From: Octopus bimaculoides
Taxonomy: Eukaryota
Direction of reading: 5' to 3'
DNA length: 41,393 bases
Assembly (NCBI RefSeq): GCF_001194135.2
Contig: NC_068990.1
Location: 56,909,350-56,950,742, forward strand
Shown here in pieces: positions 35,345 to 41,393 of the stretch (position 1 is the first letter of the stretch; each line of letters begins with the position of its first letter). The position numbers and the translations under genes are program-made. The notes below the pieces were generated by a model. The model did not search any database, was not told the origin of the DNA, and saw only the letters and a list, made by a program, of their open reading frames with translations.

Positions 35345-35640
35345 ATTATTTTGCTTAAAAGAGTTCCAACACTGTCTGTTTTTTATGTTTTATTTATATT
35401 CCTGCAGAACTAATGTGGGGTATAGAATATGGAATATACAATATATAATATGATATACAATATACAATATAAAATAAAATAACATAAAAATGGATGGCAC
35501 CCTGAAAGAAAGTATTGAATGTAGATGAAATATTGAGTGTTCAATATAAAGGATCAAATATATAAATATATAAGTATAAATATATATATATAAAGGCGAC
35601 TCGAGTTTCAGGGCTATTTCCCTTCGTCATGGCCGGTATG
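35345..35640 (-). mobile_element. Short HHR-bearing element (HHR-like motif 35595-35634) ending in (TA)n
   Basis: Minus strand: GGC-C(A)UGACGA-AGGG(AAAUAG)CCCU-GAAA-C(UCGA)-GUC-GCC. Perfect 4-bp stem II, palindromic loop III, GUC triplet, one extra nucleotide in the CUGANGA core. The body is shared with 2815-3069. Confidence 0.75.
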
Positions 35641-35765
35641 ACAGACTTTAACAATATATACACATATATTTATATGCATACATACACTCACGTACATACG
35701 TACACAGAGAAATGCACACACACACACACACATATACATGTTTATATACAAAACTGTTAAGTCAG

Positions 35766-35814
35766 AAGGTAGAGCAGTGGTCTACCATTGAGTTCCCACG
35801 TGTTATGCAAGAAG
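35766..35814 (+). CDS. Candidate 49-nt exon
   Basis: Moderate acceptor actgttaagtcag and strong donor AAG|GTGAGA. Frame KVEQWSTIEFPRVMQE (phase 0 to 1). Confidence 0.3.
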
Positions 35815-36125
35815 GTGAGAGAGGAAAGCATTTACTAGCCAATGACCTGATCTTAATGCCTACCACACATAGGACTCTCCTTACTACCATAATGTGGTGA
35901 TAATCCAGGTGACAGTTTAAGACTACAACTTAAGTAGAACACAGCTAGTTTTGGACTCCAATCACAATGAACTAGCATAAATTCCAAAAGCTGTTTTCCC
36001 TAACTTTTGTCAAGGATTTTATTAATTTTGTACACTGGAGTGACATTTTATATATTAATCCATTGTTAGATAAAACAGAAAGTTGACTGCAGCAAGATTT
36101 CAACTCAGAATGTATAGAATGTTTA

Positions 36126-36288
36126 GGTGCAGGCATGGCTGTATATTAAGAAGCTTGCTTCCCAACCACATGGTTCTGGGTTCAGTCCAACTGGGTGGCA
36201 CATTGAGCAAGTGTCTTCTACTATAGCCTGAAACAAACAAAAGCCATGTGAGTGAATCTGGTAGACAGAAATTGAAAGAAGCCTGTTG
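36126..36288 (+). mobile_element. tRNA-derived SINE head (dominant family)
   Basis: ggtgcaggcatggctgtatattaagaagcttgcttcccaaccacatggttctgggttcagtcc..gcaagtgtcttctactatagcc. Confidence 0.85.
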
Positions 36289-36623
36289 CGCGCGCGCGCG
36301 CGCGCACACACACACACACACACGCACACACACACACACACACATAGTGTACTGCTCCATGATGGTAGGATCAACAAAAAAGCACTCCATCTGATGAGAG
36401 ATAAATATTGTTGAATAAACACAATATATATTTTTATATGCTATTATTAGTTTCAGACAGTATTTTTTAACACAACTGGCATTTGTGCTGAGACAACACA
36501 CATATCAAAAAATAAAAAATATTGTCTAGCATGGTCTCACCACATGTAAATAAGAGTAGCACATAAAACCATATATTGTGTTTATTGAATAATATATATA
36601 TATATATAATATATATATATATA

Positions 36624-36693
<70 letters not shown>

Positions 36694-37013
36694 TACATAT
36701 ATATACATATATATTAGATATATATAAATATATNNNNNNNNNNNNNNNNNNNNNNNNNNNNNNNNNNNNNNNNNNNNNNNNNNNNNNNNNNNNNNNNNNN
36801 NNNNNNNNNNNNNNNNNNNNNNNNNNNNNNNNNNNNNNNNNNNNNNNNNNNNNNNNNNNNNNNNNNNNNNNNNNNNNNNNNNNNNNNNNNNNNNNNNNNN
36901 NNNNNNNNNNNNNNNNNNNNNNNNNNNNNNNNNNNNNNNNNNNNNNNNNNNNNNNNNNNNNNNNNNNNNNNNNNNNNNNNNNNNNNNNNNNNNNNNNNNN
37001 NNNNNNNNNNNNN

Positions 37014-37320
37014 AAAGCCTTGTGAGTGGATTTGGTAGACGGAAACTGAAAGAAGCCCGTCGTATATATATATATATGTATGTATGTATGTGTTTGTGTG
37101 TCTGTGTTTGTCTTCATCCTACCACCACCACCACCACCACCACCACTGTTTGTCAATCAGTATTGGTATGCTTACATCCCCATCACTTAATGGTTTGGCA
37201 CAGAATAAGTACCAGACTTTAAAACAATAAGTCCTGATGTTTGATTCACTTAACATACTTCAAAGTAGTGCACCAGCATTGCCACAGTGCAATGACAGAA
37301 ATAAGCAAAAAGTAAAAAGA
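37014..37320 (+). mobile_element. SINE body and tail (dominant family), 5' end lost in gap
   Basis: aaagccttgtgagtggatttggtagacggaaactgaaagaagcccgtcg, a microsatellite, then the tail ..cagcattgccacagtgcaatgacagaaataagcaaaaagtaaaaag. Confidence 0.85.
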
Positions 37321-37499
37321 AGAACCCTAATCAAGGCTTCAATATATTTCACCTGCTATTGTGTAAACTCAGCCTGTCCACAATTGATTTCGAAAATTTG
37401 TTAGTGTAAATGTGTACACATATACATATATATATGCACACACACACATATATAAATGAATAGAATTTTATATATAAGTATGTTTATATGTAGATACAA

Positions 37500-37530
<31 letters not shown>

Positions 37531-37560
37531 CACACACACACACACAGATATATATGACTA

Positions 37561-37636
<76 letters not shown>

Positions 37637-37638
<2 letters not shown>

Positions 37639-38052
37639 TGCAGGAGTGGCTGTGTGGTAAGTAGCTTGCTTACCAACCGCATGGTTCCGGGTTCCGGGTT
37701 CAGTTCCACTGCGTGGCACCTTGGGCAAGTGTCTTCTACTATAGCTTCAGGCCGACAAAAGCCTTGTGAGTGGATTTGGTTGATGGAAACTGAAAGAAGC
37801 CCATCATATATACGTATATATGTATGTATGTGTGTTTGTATGTTTGTGTGTCTGTTTTTGTTCCCCTAGCATTGCTTGACAACCGATGCTGGTGTGTTTA
37901 GGTCCCCATCATTTAGCAGTTCAGCAAAAAGAGACTGATAGAATAAGTACTAGGCTTACAAAGAATAAGTCCCGGGGTCGATTTGCTCGACTAATGGCGG
38001 TGCTCCAGCATGGCCACAGTCAAATGACTGAAACAAGTAAAAGAGTAAAAGA
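37637..38052 (+). mobile_element. Best-preserved full-length tRNA-derived SINE (dominant family; probably one of the described octopus OK/OR families, not assigned)
   Basis: A-box-like tggctgtgtggtaag and B-box-like gggttcagttcc, an internal (TA/TG)n linker, a tail ending aaacaagtaaaagagtaaaagag, and several CpGs retained. Confidence 0.9.
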
Positions 38053-38073
38053 GAGAGTAAGAGTATATATACA

Positions 38074-38125
<52 letters not shown>

Positions 38126-38410
38126 TGTATACAGCTCTCTCTCTCTCTCACTTTCTCTCTCTCTATATATATGTATATATATGTGTGTGTATATTTTTGA
38201 CATAGAAAACTTGTCATGCTTACAGTAGCTGTGGGTTTGTGTCTCATGGGCAGTCTTCAACTTTTTCTATTAAGATCTTCTAATACAATATTTACACCCA
38301 ATAATTTTCCCTGCATGAAAATATATGTGTGTGTTTGTGTGTGTGTGTATGTGTGTTTGTGTGTATGTGTATTTATATATAGAAACTAGAATAATATTAA
38401 TAAAGCTGAA

Positions 38411-38808
38411 GTGGTTCTGGGTTCAATCCCACTGCATGGCACCTTAGGCAAGTGTCTTCTACTATAGCCTCGGGATGACCAAAGCCTTATGAGTGGATTT
38501 GGTAAATGGAAACTGAAAGAAGCCTGTTGTATATTTATTTATAAATGTATATATATGTATCTGTGTGCCTGTGTTTGCCTGTGTTTGTCCCCCATCAAGC
38601 TTGATGATGGAACCTGGCCATAATAAAAAATAATAACTGCTTGACAACTGGTGTTGGTGTGTTTACATCCCCCCTAACTTAGTGGTTTGGTAAAAGATAC
38701 TGATGCAATAAGTATCAGGGTTTTGAAGAAAGAAGTTGATTCATTTGACTAAAGATTCTTCAAGTTGGTGCCACAGCATGGCCACAAAGTGAAACAAGTA
38801 AAAGAAAG
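38411..38808 (+). mobile_element. tRNA-derived SINE (dominant family), slightly 5'-truncated
   Basis: ggttctgggttcaatcccactgcatggcaccttaggcaagtgtcttctactatagcctcgg...cagcatggccacaaagtgaaacaagtaaaag. Confidence 0.85.
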
Positions 38809-38849
38809 AGATATATATGGTTTTGTATGTATATATATGTATCATGATA

Positions 38850-39130
38850 TCAGTGAAACTACCAGATGTTGCCATACATCGCTGGTCACAATGTACTTCA
38901 GATTGTTTCAACTTTCCGATGACACCACCCCGCTGGCTAGGTGAGCAGGCGATCATTCTCCCTGATCAGAAGGCTACTCCATCACAGGGTTAACCTATTT
39001 ACAGGTGGGTGGACAGGAACAACATGAAAAGGAAGTGTTTTGCACAAGAACACAACATGGCGCCTGGTCCAGGATTTGAAACCTCGATGTAACGACTGCG
39101 AGTGCAATACCCAAACTACTAGGCCATGCT
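38850..39130 (-). mobile_element. tRNA-derived SINE, second (CORE-like) family
   Basis: Reverse complement: gcatggcctagtagtttgggtattgcactcgcagtcgttacatcgaggtttcaaatcctggacc..gtgttcttgtgcaaaacac (A/B boxes plus a CORE-like segment). Confidence 0.7.
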
Positions 39131-39141
39131 TATATACTTAC

Positions 39142-39194
<53 letters not shown>

Positions 39195-39200
39195 TGTGCG

Positions 39201-39240
<40 letters not shown>

Positions 39241-40481
39241 CATGCGTGTTTGCACATGTGTGTATGTGTTACTCAGAGTAACTCATCAACTGATGATTAG
39301 GGAAATTTTGGGGTTTCCTGTAAATATCAATATCGTATTGTATTTTGTATTGAGTACTCTATCTTCCTGTTTGGTCAGTTATTTTATTCTAAAGCATGAA
39401 AAACACATACATATACACCCCTACACATATATATGTAACTGTATATATCTATCTATATAGATATATGTGTGTGTGTGTGTGTGTTTATGCATGCTTATGT
39501 ATTATCAATGTATATAATGTGTGAATGTAAGAGTGTGTGTGTATATATATGTATATATATACATGTGCACACTTAAACCAGGGGACAAAGCATGTATATC
39601 TAATGGAAAACTGCAATGTCCAGTTGTGTTAGCATCAGCACCAGCAGCAGCAGTAGGCAGTAGGTTAGTAGTCATTCAGATGGCCAACTGGACAACTAGC
39701 ACCAATGCTGCGGCCATTACTAACACTTCCATCTTTAATTTGTCCACCTCACCCCTCCCTTCACCTCTCCTTCCTTTTAGCACCATTACAGCAACCACCA
39801 CCACTGCCAACAACAACAACAACACTGCAGCCATTGCCATTAACTCTTCGACCACTACAACCATTTCCTTTATGGACAACAACTAGAACTGGAAACTAGC
39901 CTTGACAATAATCAATGTCTTGTCTTGTCTTGTCCGGCCTACTCTTCTAGCCTATGGCTCAATGCAGGCCATGCCAGTAGCTGTCCAGTCATTTTGTCCA
40001 CCTCATAATCATCCCCAATGAAAATGATGACCAGTTACCAGCTCATGCAAGTGCCTAAAGCACTGACCACTCATGCCTAGTAAATACTAACCACTGCTAC
40101 TATGCAATGTTTTTTTTTTTTTTCCTTTTTCAATGTGTAAATGTGTGTATGTATGGACAGAATAAGGATGGCGTGATTGTCACCAAATGGACTCGATATG
40201 AAATGCAATAGTAAACCTACTGCAACTCTACCTAGCAGGGTAGTGAATAATTCTTCCATTTAATTACAAACCAAAATCAAGTCCCAGATATTCTTTGCAA
40301 AGGTCATTATAAATGAAGGTTAGATGCAATTGAATTTGTCATCGGCAAATAGAAACAATACACTGAAATTTTATGCATTTATTTTAAACTGCTTTCCATT
40401 TATTTCTTTCACATATGTTTGATAATTTTTGTGGGTGTGTATCTATCTATCTATATATATATATATATATATCTCCATATC

Positions 40482-40540
<59 letters not shown>

Positions 40541-40757
40541 ACAAACACACAACAAAATAAGCATGCATGCATACATATACATGCACACATATATACACAT
40601 ATATGTATGTATATATAAACATATAAATACACACACATATACATAACAGCAAATATATATATATTCATAAATATATATTGATGTATCTATCAACCTATCT
40701 ATATATTAACATATATACAAATATAGATATATTCACACACACACACAACACACAAAC

Positions 40758-40790
<33 letters not shown>

Positions 40791-40901
40791 CACACAGAGN
40801 NNNNNNNNNNNNNNNNNNNNNNNNNNNNNNNNNNNNNNNNNNNNNNNNNNNNNNNNNNNNNNNNNNNNNNNNNNNNNNNNNNNNNNNNNNNNNNNNNNNN
40901 N

Positions 40902-40938
<37 letters not shown>

Positions 40939-41046
40939 TATAGATATATACATATATACATATACATAGACATATACAATTATAAGTATATTATGTAAAT
41001 CTAGTAAAGTATAAAATCATAAAATATATATATAGTTGTGTCTATA

Positions 41047-41082
<36 letters not shown>

Positions 41083-41393
41083 TATGTGTATGTATATATA
41101 CACGTATATATTTATATACATATGAACATGAATCTATATCTGTAAAGCTACCTACCTGTAAATATGTGTGTGTGTGCTATCACTTGATAATTAGCAAGAA
41201 AGGTACTATTCCTTTACTTATATTTTCTTATGTATACAATGTGCTTACTTCATTCTGACTTTATTTGCCTCTCTGTATCTTTCAGTTCATACAAACAAAC
41301 ATTATTACAATATACAGTTTATATAAAAGCATGCATATGTATAAACATGCATACAAATATATGTGTGTGTGTGTGAGTGTGTGAGTGTGTGTG

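Larger units (their letters stand above)
3264..40900. other. Ten assembly gaps, nearly all flanked by (TA)n or other microsatellites
   Basis: N-runs at 3264-3994, 5230-5239, 10030-10404, 16137-16458, 17127-17136, 23209-23532, 28350-28984, 34547-35323, 36734-37013 and 40800-40900. Confidence 0.98.

Noticed and set aside
37637-37720. tRNA-like heads with A/B boxes
   Set aside because: They are SINE 5' domains continuing into SINE bodies; no complete cloverleaf, so not annotated as tRNA genes.
39521-39899. 121-aa Ser/Thr/Ala/Asn-rich ORF and overlapping frames
   Set aside because: It starts in a microsatellite and consists of decayed (CAG/CAC/CAA)n repeats; no splice support.
3180-40998. ORFs containing X runs, or YI/HT/CV dipeptide repeats
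   Set aside because: They span N-gaps or (TA)n/(CA)n/(TG)n microsatellites and are not coding.

Overview
AT-rich eukaryotic genomic DNA, most likely Octopus. This is inferred from the tRNA-derived SINE families, RTE-type tails and very dense (TA)n/(CA)n/(TG)n arrays. The draft assembly has 10 N-gaps. Almost all ORFs in the supplied track are artefacts of microsatellites, low-complexity tracts or N-runs. The window is mostly repeat-rich intronic or intergenic sequence. It holds two decayed Tc1/mariner elements (a DD37D/maT type and a mariner type), decayed RTE LINE pieces, two Penelope-like (PLE) GIY-YIG endonuclease remnants, many SINEs, several fold-back elements, and scattered short candidate exons of an unidentified multi-exon gene. 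The most interesting signal is non-coding: six type I hammerhead-ribozyme (HHR)-like motifs from four unrelated short repeat families. One has a fully intact catalytic core (177-234, minus). Two sit in inverted-duplication structures, three of the four families end in (TA)n, and two truncated copies begin at or next to the predicted self-cleavage site. Together this suggests a set of active or recently active PLE-derived, retrozyme-like elements. All structures were folded by eye and none is experimentally or computationally confirmed.
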